A stretch of DNA of 51,519 nucleotides from Candidatus Susulua stagnicola (GTDB taxonomy: Bacteria > Omnitrophota > Gorgyraeia > Duberdicusellales > 4484-171): positions 1 through 51,519 of the forward strand of contig JAVCBZ010000085.1 of assembly GCA_030765735.1 (NCBI GenBank), in the 5' to 3' direction. The notes below the pieces were generated by a model. The model saw nothing but the letters and a program-made list of their open reading frames with translations, was not told the DNA's origin and did not search any database. Shown piece after piece: positions 17,557-26,501 of this stretch (the stretch's first letter is position 1; each line of letters opens with the position of its first letter). A program made the position numbers and the translations under genes.

Positions 17557-18791
17557 CAAATCTTAAAAAAATGATACGTAGAGAAATCAGTATACTTGCT
17601 GGGCAGGAAGGAAAAACTACTCGAGAGTTTTTTATAGAGAGGGCTAATCAAATATTTGAAAATATTGACCCTGAGGATAAAGAAGGTATAGACTTAGCAG
17701 CTAAAGACAAGATGATTTCTTCTTTATGTGATGATTTTCTAGGTTTAGGTCCTTTGCAAAGGCTTATGGATGATAAGAGTGTAACTGAAATTATGATCAA
17801 TGGTCCTGACAAGATATATATAGAGAAAGGTGGCAAAAAGGGTTCTTGCAATATTAAGTTTGATGATGAGACCCATTTGCGATATATCATTGAGAAAATG
17901 ATTGCTCCAGCTGGCAGAAGAGTGGACGAGAGTTCTCCCTATGTAGATTTTTCTCTTAAAGATGGTTCAAGAGTAAATGTTATTTTGCCACCACTTGCGA
18001 TTAAAGGGGCAACAGTAACTATCAGGAAATTTTTGGACTTTATTCAGAGTACTGATGATTTAATTAAAATGGGAACAATTGATAATCGAATGGCTGAATT
18101 TCTAAAAGCTTGTGTAAAGGCTAAGGTAAATATTCTTTTCTCAGGAGCAACTGGTTCTGGTAAAACTACTACCTTAGAAGTGCTTTCTTCTTACATTAAG
18201 GCTGATGAGAGGATTATTACTATTGAAGATGCTCTAGAATTAAATTTACGTCAGGATCATGTTGTAAGTTTGCTTACTCGATCGTCAAATATAGAGGGCA
18301 AAGGAGAAGTTTCTCCTAGAGAATTATTTCGCAATACTTTAAGAATGTGTCCAACTCGGATTATTCTTGGTGAAGTAAGAGGTGAAGAAGCTCTAGATTA
18401 TCTTCAAGCTTTAAATAGTGGGCATAGAGGATCTTTAGCGGTTGTTCATGCTTCTACCCCAACTGATGCTATTAGTCGTTTAGAAACAATGGCTTTATAT
18501 GCTGGAATTAATTTTCCAGCTTGGGCTATAAGAAACCAGATTTCATCTGGTTTAGATTTGATTGTTCAGCATGCACAGCTTAGTGATGGTTCTCGAAAAA
18601 TAACCCATATCACTGAAGTTGGAAAGATGAAAGACAACCAAATAGAATTAAGAAATATTTTTTATTATGATATAGAAGAAGTGTCAACTGATGCTAGTGT
18701 AAAAGGAAAGTTCAAATTTGATAAATTACCGGAATTTATGCCAATTTTTAAGAAAGAAGGTATCCAAATTAATGAGAATATTTTTAAGTAA
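17547..18791 (+). CDS. cpaF: CpaF/TadA-family secretion ATPase
   Basis: Walker A GATGSGKTT, Asp box ITIEDALEL, Walker B RIILGEVRGEEA, His box GHRGSLAVVHAS. GTG start with GAGG RBS, overlapping the ispG 3' end. Confidence 0.85.
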   Translation: MEIANLKKMIRREISILAGQEGKTTREFFIERANQIFENIDPEDKEGIDLAAKDKMISSLCDDFLGLGPLQRLMDDKSVTEIMINGPDKIYIEKGGKKGSCNIKFDDETHLRYIIEKMIAPAGRRVDESSPYVDFSLKDGSRVNVILPPLAIKGATVTIRKFLDFIQSTDDLIKMGTIDNRMAEFLKACVKAKVNILFSGATGSGKTTTLEVLSSYIKADERIITIEDALELNLRQDHVVSLLTRSSNIEGKGEVSPRELFRNTLRMCPTRIILGEVRGEEALDYLQALNSGHRGSLAVVHASTPTDAISRLETMALYAGINFPAWAIRNQISSGLDLIVQHAQLSDGSRKITHITEVGKMKDNQIELRNIFYYDIEEVSTDASVKGKFKFDKLPEFMPIFKKEGIQINENIFK

Positions 18792-18809
18792 TAGATAGGG
18801 AGACAAAGA

Positions 18810-20036
18810 ATGTTGTTTTCAAAAAGTTTTATTGTTACTCAGAGAGAAGATCCTAAAGTTGCTGAATGCAAGAGCCATAAGTTGCTTCTTAGAGGCGGGT
18901 TTCTTTTTATGGTTTCTTCAGGGATATATTCTTATCTTCCTTTAGGTTGTAGGGTTTTGAATAATATTTCTAATATTATTAGAAAACATATGAATTCAAA
19001 AGGAGCTCAAGAATTATTTATGAGTGCTCTTCAACCTATGGAGATGTGGAAAAAAACTGGTCGGGATAAGGATTTAGCAGAAGTAATGTTTAGATTCAAA
19101 GATCGTAGGGATAGGGATATGTGCTTAGGTCCTACTCATGAGGAAGAAATTACTGAGATAGTCAAGAGATCAGTATCTTCATATAAACAACTTCCAATGA
19201 TACTTTATCAAATTCAAACAAAATTTCGTGATGAACCTCGTCCACGTTTTGGGTTGATGCGTAGTTGTGAGTTTATTATGAAAGATGCTTATAGTTTTGA
19301 TAAGGACAATCAAGGTTTAGATGAAAATTATGAAAGGATGTTTCAGGCTTATAAAGATATATTTGCTGAATGTGGTTTAGATTTTGTAAACATTGAAGCT
19401 GATTCTGGAGCTATGGGCGGAAATTTGTCTCATGAGTTCATGGTTCCTGGAGATATTGGTGAAGATTTACTTTATAAATGCTCTGATTGTGCAAAGTATT
19501 TTAAAGAGAAAGAAAAGTGCCCAGTTTGTAATAAGAAGCTTGATCAGGTAAAGATGGTTGAGATTGGTCATACATTTAAATTAGGAACTAAATATTCTCA
19601 AGCTCAGGAAGCCTTCTTTCTTGATGAAAATGGCAATAGACTTCCCTTTATAATGGGTTGCTATGGTATTGGAGTTAGTAGAGTTTTATCAGCTATAGCT
19701 GAAGTTAACTCCGATCAAGAAGGTTTAGTTTGGCCTAAAGGAGTAAGTCCTTTTGATATAAGTTTGGTAGTCTTAGATCAGTCAATATTGCCTAAGGCTT
19801 TAGAACTAGAACAGGCTCTAGAGAAACAAGGATTATCAGTATTGATTGATGATCGCTTCGAAGCTGCTGGGGTGAAGTTTAATGATGCTTATTTGCTTGG
19901 TAATCCTTATATTTTAATTATGGGTAAGAAATATCTTAAAGATGAAACTATAGATTTAGAGATAAGAAAAACAAAGGTAAGTAAATCTTTTGATAAAGAA
20001 AGTTTAATAAAATTTTTAAAAGATGAGTATAGCTGA
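18810..20036 (+). CDS. proS: Proline--tRNA ligase, bacterial type, lacking the INS editing domain
   Basis: Class II motifs (QIQTKFRDEPRPRFGLMRSCEF, GCYGIGVSR) and a C-terminal anticodon-binding domain. Only 408 aa. Confidence 0.9.
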   Translation: MLFSKSFIVTQREDPKVAECKSHKLLLRGGFLFMVSSGIYSYLPLGCRVLNNISNIIRKHMNSKGAQELFMSALQPMEMWKKTGRDKDLAEVMFRFKDRRDRDMCLGPTHEEEITEIVKRSVSSYKQLPMILYQIQTKFRDEPRPRFGLMRSCEFIMKDAYSFDKDNQGLDENYERMFQAYKDIFAECGLDFVNIEADSGAMGGNLSHEFMVPGDIGEDLLYKCSDCAKYFKEKEKCPVCNKKLDQVKMVEIGHTFKLGTKYSQAQEAFFLDENGNRLPFIMGCYGIGVSRVLSAIAEVNSDQEGLVWPKGVSPFDISLVVLDQSILPKALELEQALEKQGLSVLIDDRFEAAGVKFNDAYLLGNPYILIMGKKYLKDETIDLEIRKTKVSKSFDKESLIKFLKDEYS

Positions 20037-20490
20037 TAGAAACAAACAACTTGAGCTTAAAGTTGGAGATATTGTTAAAGAATTAGAGGTGGAGCTAATA
20101 GAGTTTAAAGTCCAAAGTTCAGCTGGAAAGAATATTTTGCGTTGCATAGTGGATTTTCCTGAAGGTGGCATAACCTTAGATAGTTGTGCTTCGGTTAACA
20201 GAAGAATTTTAAATTACTTTGAAGAGAGTGGTGGTTTATATTCTAATTATGCAATAGAAGTTAATTCTCCGGGATTAGATAAAAAACTTTATAATTGTAA
20301 AGATTTTTTAAAAGTGAAAGGGAGAAATATTTTTCTTTGGTTAAATGAATCAGTTGAAGATAAAGAATATTTAGAAGGTCAAGTTTTGGAAGTTGATGAT
20401 GATAAAATATCCTTGAGTTTTGAAGGTAAAATTTTAAAAATTAATTTTAATAAAATTAAGGTGGGCAAAGAAAAAATAGAAATTAAATAA
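20023..20490 (+). CDS. rimP: Ribosome maturation factor RimP
   Basis: IEVNSPGLDKKL motif. Conserved position upstream of nusA-infB. Confidence 0.85.
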   Translation: MSIADRNKQLELKVGDIVKELEVELIEFKVQSSAGKNILRCIVDFPEGGITLDSCASVNRRILNYFEESGGLYSNYAIEVNSPGLDKKLYNCKDFLKVKGRNIFLWLNESVEDKEYLEGQVLEVDDDKISLSFEGKILKINFNKIKVGKEKIEIK

Positions 20491-20546
20491 AGCCCATTAA
20501 AATCGTCATTATTAAAGTCTGTTATCAGACAGGGAGGTTTACCAAA

Positions 20547-21734
20547 GTGAGAAAAGAATTTTTAAGTGTACTTGCACAATTAGAAAGAGAAAGAGGCATA
20601 GATAAGAGTATTCTTATTGAAGCTGTAAAACAAGCATTAGCTATAGCGGCAAAAAAGATCTCTAAGGGAGATTCTCAAGACATTGAAGCTAGGGTTGATA
20701 TTGATCCCGTAAGAGGAGATATCCATGTCTATGTTGGTGATAAAGAGATAGTTTCTAATGAGTTTGGTCGAATCGCTGCACAAACAGCTCGACAAGTAAT
20801 AATTCAGAAAATAAGGGAAGCTGAAAAGGATAATATTTATAATGAGTACAAAGACAAAGAAGGTAGTATTGTTGGAGGGGTTGTCTATCGCCTAGAGAGA
20901 AAAGCTGTTATCTTGGATCTTATGGGTAAGGCTGAGGGTATAATTCCTAATTCTTTCTTAAGCCCCCTTGATCACTTCCGTATTGGTGAAAGGGTTAAGG
21001 CTTTTGTTTACGAGGTCAAGAAAGAGAAAGGTGTGCAAATAATTCTTTCGCGTAGGCATGAAGACTTAGTTCGTAAATTGTTTAATTTAGAAGTTCCAGA
21101 GATTGGTGATGGAATTGTTGAAATAAAAGGAATTGCTCGTGATCCAGGAGAAAGAACAAAAATCGCTGTTGTTTCTAAAGATGATAAAGTTGATTGTGTT
21201 GGAGCTTGTGTTGGGATAAGAGGCTCACGAGTAAAGAGTATAATTGAAGAGCTAAGAGGAGAAAAGATTGACATTATAAGATGGGGCGAAGATATAAAGG
21301 AATTTATTAAAATGGCCCTTTCTCCAGCAGTTATTTCAATGATTGAATTAGATCGTGAGACTAGAAGAGCGAAAGTTTTAGTTGCTGCTGATCAACTTTC
21401 CTTATCTATTGGACGTAAGGGTCAAAATGTTCGTCTTGCTTCAAAGTTAGTGGGTTGGGAAATAGATGTTCGTTCTCGCGAAAGTATTGAAGAGAGCATT
21501 AAGAAGTTACTTACTTTAAAAGCTGTTGGTAAAAAAGTAGCTGCTGTTTTAGTAGATGCTGGGTATAATAATTTAAATTCCTTAGCTAGAGCTGAATTAA
21601 CCGCGCTTTCTTCGCTTAAGGGTATTGGTGCTAAAAAAGCTGCCAGTATAATAGAAGAAGTAAAGAAAGCCATAGCCATAGGGGATAAGGCAAAAGAGGA
21701 GAAAAAGGAGACAACCAAAGATGAGAATTCATGA
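20547..21734 (+). CDS. nusA: Transcription termination/antitermination factor NusA
   Basis: N-terminal domain, S1 and two KH regions (GxxGxNV: GRKGQNVRLAS). GTG start with GGGAGG RBS. Confidence 0.93.
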   Translation: MRKEFLSVLAQLERERGIDKSILIEAVKQALAIAAKKISKGDSQDIEARVDIDPVRGDIHVYVGDKEIVSNEFGRIAAQTARQVIIQKIREAEKDNIYNEYKDKEGSIVGGVVYRLERKAVILDLMGKAEGIIPNSFLSPLDHFRIGERVKAFVYEVKKEKGVQIILSRRHEDLVRKLFNLEVPEIGDGIVEIKGIARDPGERTKIAVVSKDDKVDCVGACVGIRGSRVKSIIEELRGEKIDIIRWGEDIKEFIKMALSPAVISMIELDRETRRAKVLVAADQLSLSIGRKGQNVRLASKLVGWEIDVRSRESIEESIKKLLTLKAVGKKVAAVLVDAGYNNLNSLARAELTALSSLKGIGAKKAASIIEEVKKAIAIGDKAKEEKKETTKDENS

Positions 21735-23628
21735 GCTCGCTAAAGAATTAAACATAGATAGTAAAGAATTAATTAAAAAATTAAAACTGCTTAATTTTCA
21801 CGTAAAGAATCATATGTCTAGCGTGGATAAAGATACTGCTGACATCATTAAGCAAGAAGTTGGAGAGCTAGATCGCAAAGAGATTGAAGGGAATGTTGTT
21901 GAGGTTATTTTTCCGATTACTATTAAAGATATGGCTGTAAAATTAGGCAAAAAACCTTCACAGCTTTTATCTGATTTAATAAAGAAGAGTAAGTTTCTTA
22001 ATATTAACCAAAGTATTGATGAAAAATGTGCCAGAGAGATTGCTTATGAATATAAGATTAATTTAAAAGAGAAACTTTCTAAAGAAGAGGAAATTTTAAA
22101 AGTTGAATCTAAGAATTTAAAAAAACGGGCACCAGTAGTTACTCTTATGGGCCATATTGACCACGGAAAAACTAGCATTCTTGATTATATTCGAAAGAGT
22201 AAGGTTATCGATAAGGAATCTGGAGGGATTACTCAACATATTGGTGCTTATCAGGTATCTTTAGATAAAGGAAAAATTACTTTCATAGATACTCCTGGTC
22301 ATGAAACTTTTACAGCTATGCGTGCACGTGGTGCTGATGTTACCGATATCGTAATTATTGTAATAGCAGCTGATGATGGAATTAAGCCCCAAACAGTAGA
22401 GGCTATTGACCATGCTAAAGCTTCAGGGTCTTCGATTATTGTTGCTATTAATAAAATTGATAGACCTAATGCTAATGTTGATATGGTGAAACAACAGCTT
22501 GCTAAGGTGGATTTGGCTCCTGAAGATTGGGGTGGTAAAACTATTACTGTAAATGTATCAGCCAAGACTGGAGAGGGAATAGATGGTTTGCTAGACTTAA
22601 TCATTCTTCAATCTGATATTATGGAATTAAAAGCAGATTATCAACGTTCAGCTATTGGAATAGTAATAGAGGCAAGATTATCTAAAGGTAGAGGCTCTTT
22701 ATCCACAATTTTAGTTAAAGAAGGTATACTTAAAGTTGGAGATTGGTGTGTTTGCGGTCTTTGTTCTGGGAAAATAAAGGCAATCCACGATGACAAAAAT
22801 AATATTTTAAAAGAAATTTTGCCAGCTCATCCTGCCGAAATTTTAGGGTTAAATGGTGTTCCTAATCCTGGTGAGCAATTATTAGTTGTTGCTGATGAGA
22901 AGAGTGCTCGAGAAATTATTAATAAAAGAAAGGATGAAGAAACCAGGAAAAAAATTATACCAGCAACTCATCTTAAATTAGAAGATTTATATAAAAAGGT
23001 TCAAGAAGAAAACCTAAAGCAATTAAAGATTATTCTTAAAGCTGATGTTGGAGGTACTTTAGAAGCTGTTGAAGAAGCATTAAATAAAATTGCTACACAA
23101 GAAGTAAAATTAAATATTACTCATAAAGGAGTCGGTTCAGTAAATTCTTCTGATATCCTTTTAGCTGAAGTTACTGATTCTATTATTGTTGGATTTAAGG
23201 TTAGTATTGATGCTCAAGTTAGAGAGTTAGCACGTAAAAAAGGTATTGAAACCAGATCTTATCAAATTGTTTATGAGCTTATTGATGATGTTAAAGGTGC
23301 TGTAGAAGGATTGTTAACTCCTCACATAAAGCGTACTTTTTTAGGAAGAGCTAAGGTAAAGACAGTATTTAAATTAACAAAGGCCGGGATAATTTCTGGG
23401 TCTGTAGTAGAGAAGGGAAAGATTAAGAGAGGATCAATTTGTAATCTTTTTAGAGATAATGAAGTAATTTTTGAAGGGACTGTTAAGACTTTAAAGAGAT
23501 TTAAGGATGATGTTAGAGAGGTCGTTGAAGGTCTGGAGTGTGGTATTGATATAGGATATGACAAGATCAAAGAAGGCGATATCATTGATACTTTTAATGA
23601 AGAGACAATTGCTCGGAAATTAAAATGA
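21721..23628 (+). CDS. infB: Translation initiation factor IF-2
   Basis: G domain GHIDHGKTS / DTPGHE / NKID. Follows nusA. Confidence 0.95.
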   Translation: MRIHELAKELNIDSKELIKKLKLLNFHVKNHMSSVDKDTADIIKQEVGELDRKEIEGNVVEVIFPITIKDMAVKLGKKPSQLLSDLIKKSKFLNINQSIDEKCAREIAYEYKINLKEKLSKEEEILKVESKNLKKRAPVVTLMGHIDHGKTSILDYIRKSKVIDKESGGITQHIGAYQVSLDKGKITFIDTPGHETFTAMRARGADVTDIVIIVIAADDGIKPQTVEAIDHAKASGSSIIVAINKIDRPNANVDMVKQQLAKVDLAPEDWGGKTITVNVSAKTGEGIDGLLDLIILQSDIMELKADYQRSAIGIVIEARLSKGRGSLSTILVKEGILKVGDWCVCGLCSGKIKAIHDDKNNILKEILPAHPAEILGLNGVPNPGEQLLVVADEKSAREIINKRKDEETRKKIIPATHLKLEDLYKKVQEENLKQLKIILKADVGGTLEAVEEALNKIATQEVKLNITHKGVGSVNSSDILLAEVTDSIIVGFKVSIDAQVRELARKKGIETRSYQIVYELIDDVKGAVEGLLTPHIKRTFLGRAKVKTVFKLTKAGIISGSVVEKGKIKRGSICNLFRDNEVIFEGTVKTLKRFKDDVREVVEGLECGIDIGYDKIKEGDIIDTFNEETIARKLK

Positions 23629-24617
23629 ATTTAGGGAAAAAGAAGACGATTCTAAGCGGAATTAGGCCTACTGGAAAATTACATCTTGGGCATTGGGTAG
23701 GAGCACTGTCTAATTGGATTCAGCTACAAGAGGAATATAAGTGCTTTTTTATGGTTGCTGATTGGCATGCTTTAATGAGTGAGTATAAAAATCCTTCAGT
23801 GATTAAAGATTCTGTTTTAGATAATGTTAGTGATTGGTTAGCTTATGGAATAGATCCAGAAAAAAGTGCTATTTTTATACAGTCAGAAGTGCCAGAACAC
23901 TTAGAGCTTTATATGATTCTTTCAAATTTAGTTCCCCTAGGGTGGTTATTTAGATGTCCGACCTTTAAAGAACAGATTGTCCAATTAAAAGATAAGGATA
24001 TAAATACTCATGCTTTCTTGGGTTATCCGGTTTTGCAGGCTGCTGATATACTTTTGTATAAAGCTAATTCGGTTCCGGTTGGCGAAGATCAGCTTCCTCA
24101 TTTAGAATTGTGCAGAGAAATTGTTAGACGGTTTCATTTTATTTACAAGAACAAGGTTTTTATTGAACCTCAGCCATTGCTTACTTCAGTTCCACGTTTT
24201 TTAGGTTTAGATGGAAGAAAAATGAGCAAAAGTTATAATAATTACATTAGCTTATCTGAAAGCTCAGAGAGCTTAAAGCGTAAGGTTCTTTCAATGTTTA
24301 CTGATCCAGCTCGCAAAAGAAGAGATGATCCTGGTCATCCGGATATTTGTAATGTTTTTGATTATTATTCTATCTTTTCACCAGACAAAAATGTTCAAAT
24401 TTCTAATCAGTGTAAACAAGCAAAGAGAGGTTGCAAAGAATGTAAGATTGAGTTGATAAAAATTCTCGAAGAGTTTATTATTCCCAAGAGAGAGGAGAAA
24501 ACAAAAATTCTAAAAAAGAAAGATTACTTAAAAGATATTTTACAAGATGGTAAGAAAAAGGCTAGAGAAGTTGCTAGCAAAACCATTGATGAAGTTAAGG
24601 TGGCATTGAAAATATGA
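23625..24617 (+). CDS. trpS: Tryptophan--tRNA ligase
   Basis: Class I HLGH (GKLHLGH) and KMSKS motifs, 330 aa. ATGA overlap with infB. Confidence 0.92.
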   Translation: MNLGKKKTILSGIRPTGKLHLGHWVGALSNWIQLQEEYKCFFMVADWHALMSEYKNPSVIKDSVLDNVSDWLAYGIDPEKSAIFIQSEVPEHLELYMILSNLVPLGWLFRCPTFKEQIVQLKDKDINTHAFLGYPVLQAADILLYKANSVPVGEDQLPHLELCREIVRRFHFIYKNKVFIEPQPLLTSVPRFLGLDGRKMSKSYNNYISLSESSESLKRKVLSMFTDPARKRRDDPGHPDICNVFDYYSIFSPDKNVQISNQCKQAKRGCKECKIELIKILEEFIIPKREEKTKILKKKDYLKDILQDGKKKAREVASKTIDEVKVALKI

Positions 24618-25315
24618 AGGTGAGGTTAGATATTTTTGAGGGTCCTCTAGATTTGCTTCTTTATCTTATAAAGAAGGAGCATCTTAATATTTATGATATT
24701 TCTATAGCTAAAGTTATAGAACAATACTTACAATTTCTAGAGGTAATGAAACTTTTGGATATAAATTTAGCTTCTGAGTATTTAGTTACTGCAGCCAATT
24801 TAATTAATATAAAATCAAAGATGATTCTTCCACGTCAAGAAGAAGCTCAGGAAGAGGAAGAAGATCCTCGCGAAGAATTAGTAAGAAGACTTCTTGAATA
24901 TGAGAAATTCAAAGATGCAGCAGAGTTTCTAAGAGATAAAGAAATAGAGAGAAATAGGTATTTTAAACGTCCTACGCTTAATTTTCCAACTGGTGAAGTT
25001 TATATTGAAGCTTCAATATTTGACTTAATCAGTGCTTTTAAAAGCGCTCTTAAAGAGATTCCTAAAGATGTTTTTTTTGAAGTTGTTAAGGATGAGTTTA
25101 CAGTAGAAGAGAAAATCCATGATTTATTACATCTTCTTTTAGTTAAGGATAAAGTTTCTTTGGCAGAGTTATTTACTTCGGCTAAAAATAAATTAGAAAT
25201 TGTAGTTACATTTTTAGCTATATTAGAATTAATAAAGCTAAAAGAGATTGCTGCTATACAGGAAGAGCTTTTTGGTTCGATTTCAATTGCTCGCAGAGAT
25301 AGCATATTTGTGTAA
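24614..25315 (+). CDS. scpA: Segregation and condensation protein A
   Basis: N-terminal FEGPLDLLLYLIKK motif typical of ScpA kleisins. Confidence 0.85.
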   Translation: MKVRLDIFEGPLDLLLYLIKKEHLNIYDISIAKVIEQYLQFLEVMKLLDINLASEYLVTAANLINIKSKMILPRQEEAQEEEEDPREELVRRLLEYEKFKDAAEFLRDKEIERNRYFKRPTLNFPTGEVYIEASIFDLISAFKSALKEIPKDVFFEVVKDEFTVEEKIHDLLHLLLVKDKVSLAELFTSAKNKLEIVVTFLAILELIKLKEIAAIQEELFGSISIARRDSIFV

Positions 25316-25320
25316 GCAGA

Positions 25321-25383
25321 GAAAAGGGGCCAACTCCCTTTTTCTCATAAGAAGAAAGTGAAAAAGGGAGTTGGCCCCTTTTC
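25321..25383. repeat. Perfect 23-bp inverted repeat (17-nt spacer) filling the scpA-ruvB gap
   Basis: GAAAAGGGGCCAACTCCCTTTTT (25321-25343) is the exact reverse complement of 25361-25383. Confidence 0.9.
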
Positions 25384-25398
25384 CTCAGCAAGAGTAAA

Positions 25399-26424
25399 AT
25401 GAATGAAGAAAGAGTAACTGATCCCTTAAAGGAAAATGAAGAAGAGCAGGTTATAAATCTTTCTCTTCGACCGAAGAATATAAAAGAATTTTTAGGTCAA
25501 AAGAAGGTTATATCTTCTTTAGAAATTTCTCTAGAGGCTGCTAGAAAGAGAGAAGAACCTTTAGAGCATATGCTTCTTTCTGGTCCCCCTGGTTTAGGCA
25601 AAACTTCTTTAGCTTATTGTGTTGCTACTCAGATGAAGTCTAAGCTTACTGCTACTAGCGGACCGGCTATAGAAAGAGCTGGAGATTTAGTAGGGATTTT
25701 AACTAATCTTGAGGCTGGAGATATTTTATTTATTGATGAAATACATCGTCTTTCAAAGGTTGTTGAGGAGTTTCTTTATCCAGCAATGGAAAATTTCCAA
25801 ATAGATTTTATTATTGATAAAGGGCCATATGCTAAAAGCGTTAAATTTAATATAAAACCGTTTACTCTTATTGGCGCGACTACTCGTAAAGGATTATTAA
25901 GTGGTCCTTTACGTGGAAGGTTTGGATTATTTTATGATTTTGATTTTTATAATCCTGATGAGCTTTCGAAAATAGCTCAACGTAGTGCCGGGCTTCTTGA
26001 AATAGAAATTGATCCAGAAAGTTCTATAGAAATTGCTAGACGTTCTAGAGGATCCCCACGTTTATGTAATCGTCTCCTAAGAAGAGTTCGTGATTATGCT
26101 CAAGTTATTGGTACTGGTGTAATTGATATTAGCATTACTAAAGATTCTTTAGCTAAAGTAGGTGTAGATAACCAAGGGCTTGATGAAATGGATCGTAAAT
26201 ACCTTTTAGCAATTATAAATTTATATCAAGGAGGTCCGGCTGGAATTGAGGCCATAGCTGCAACTTTACGTGAGGATAAATTGACCTTAGAGGATGTTGT
26301 TGAGCCCTATTTACTTAAGGAAGGATTTATTATTCGTTCCCCTAGAGGTAGAATAGCCACAGAAATTGCCTACCAACATTTAAAACTTTCCCCTAAGGTT
26401 AAAATTCAAGAAAAACTTTTTTAA
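25399..26424 (+). CDS. ruvB: Holliday junction branch migration helicase RuvB
   Basis: Walker A GPPGLGKTS, Walker B FIDEIHR, and a typical RuvB C-terminal winged helix. Confidence 0.95.
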   Translation: MNEERVTDPLKENEEEQVINLSLRPKNIKEFLGQKKVISSLEISLEAARKREEPLEHMLLSGPPGLGKTSLAYCVATQMKSKLTATSGPAIERAGDLVGILTNLEAGDILFIDEIHRLSKVVEEFLYPAMENFQIDFIIDKGPYAKSVKFNIKPFTLIGATTRKGLLSGPLRGRFGLFYDFDFYNPDELSKIAQRSAGLLEIEIDPESSIEIARRSRGSPRLCNRLLRRVRDYAQVIGTGVIDISITKDSLAKVGVDNQGLDEMDRKYLLAIINLYQGGPAGIEAIAATLREDKLTLEDVVEPYLLKEGFIIRSPRGRIATEIAYQHLKLSPKVKIQEKLF

Positions 26425-26501
26425 AAATTGTTGGAGAGGATAGGCCTTTTTAATATAATTGGTATTATTATTACTATAGTTATTTTATTTTAGAGAATAA
26501 G

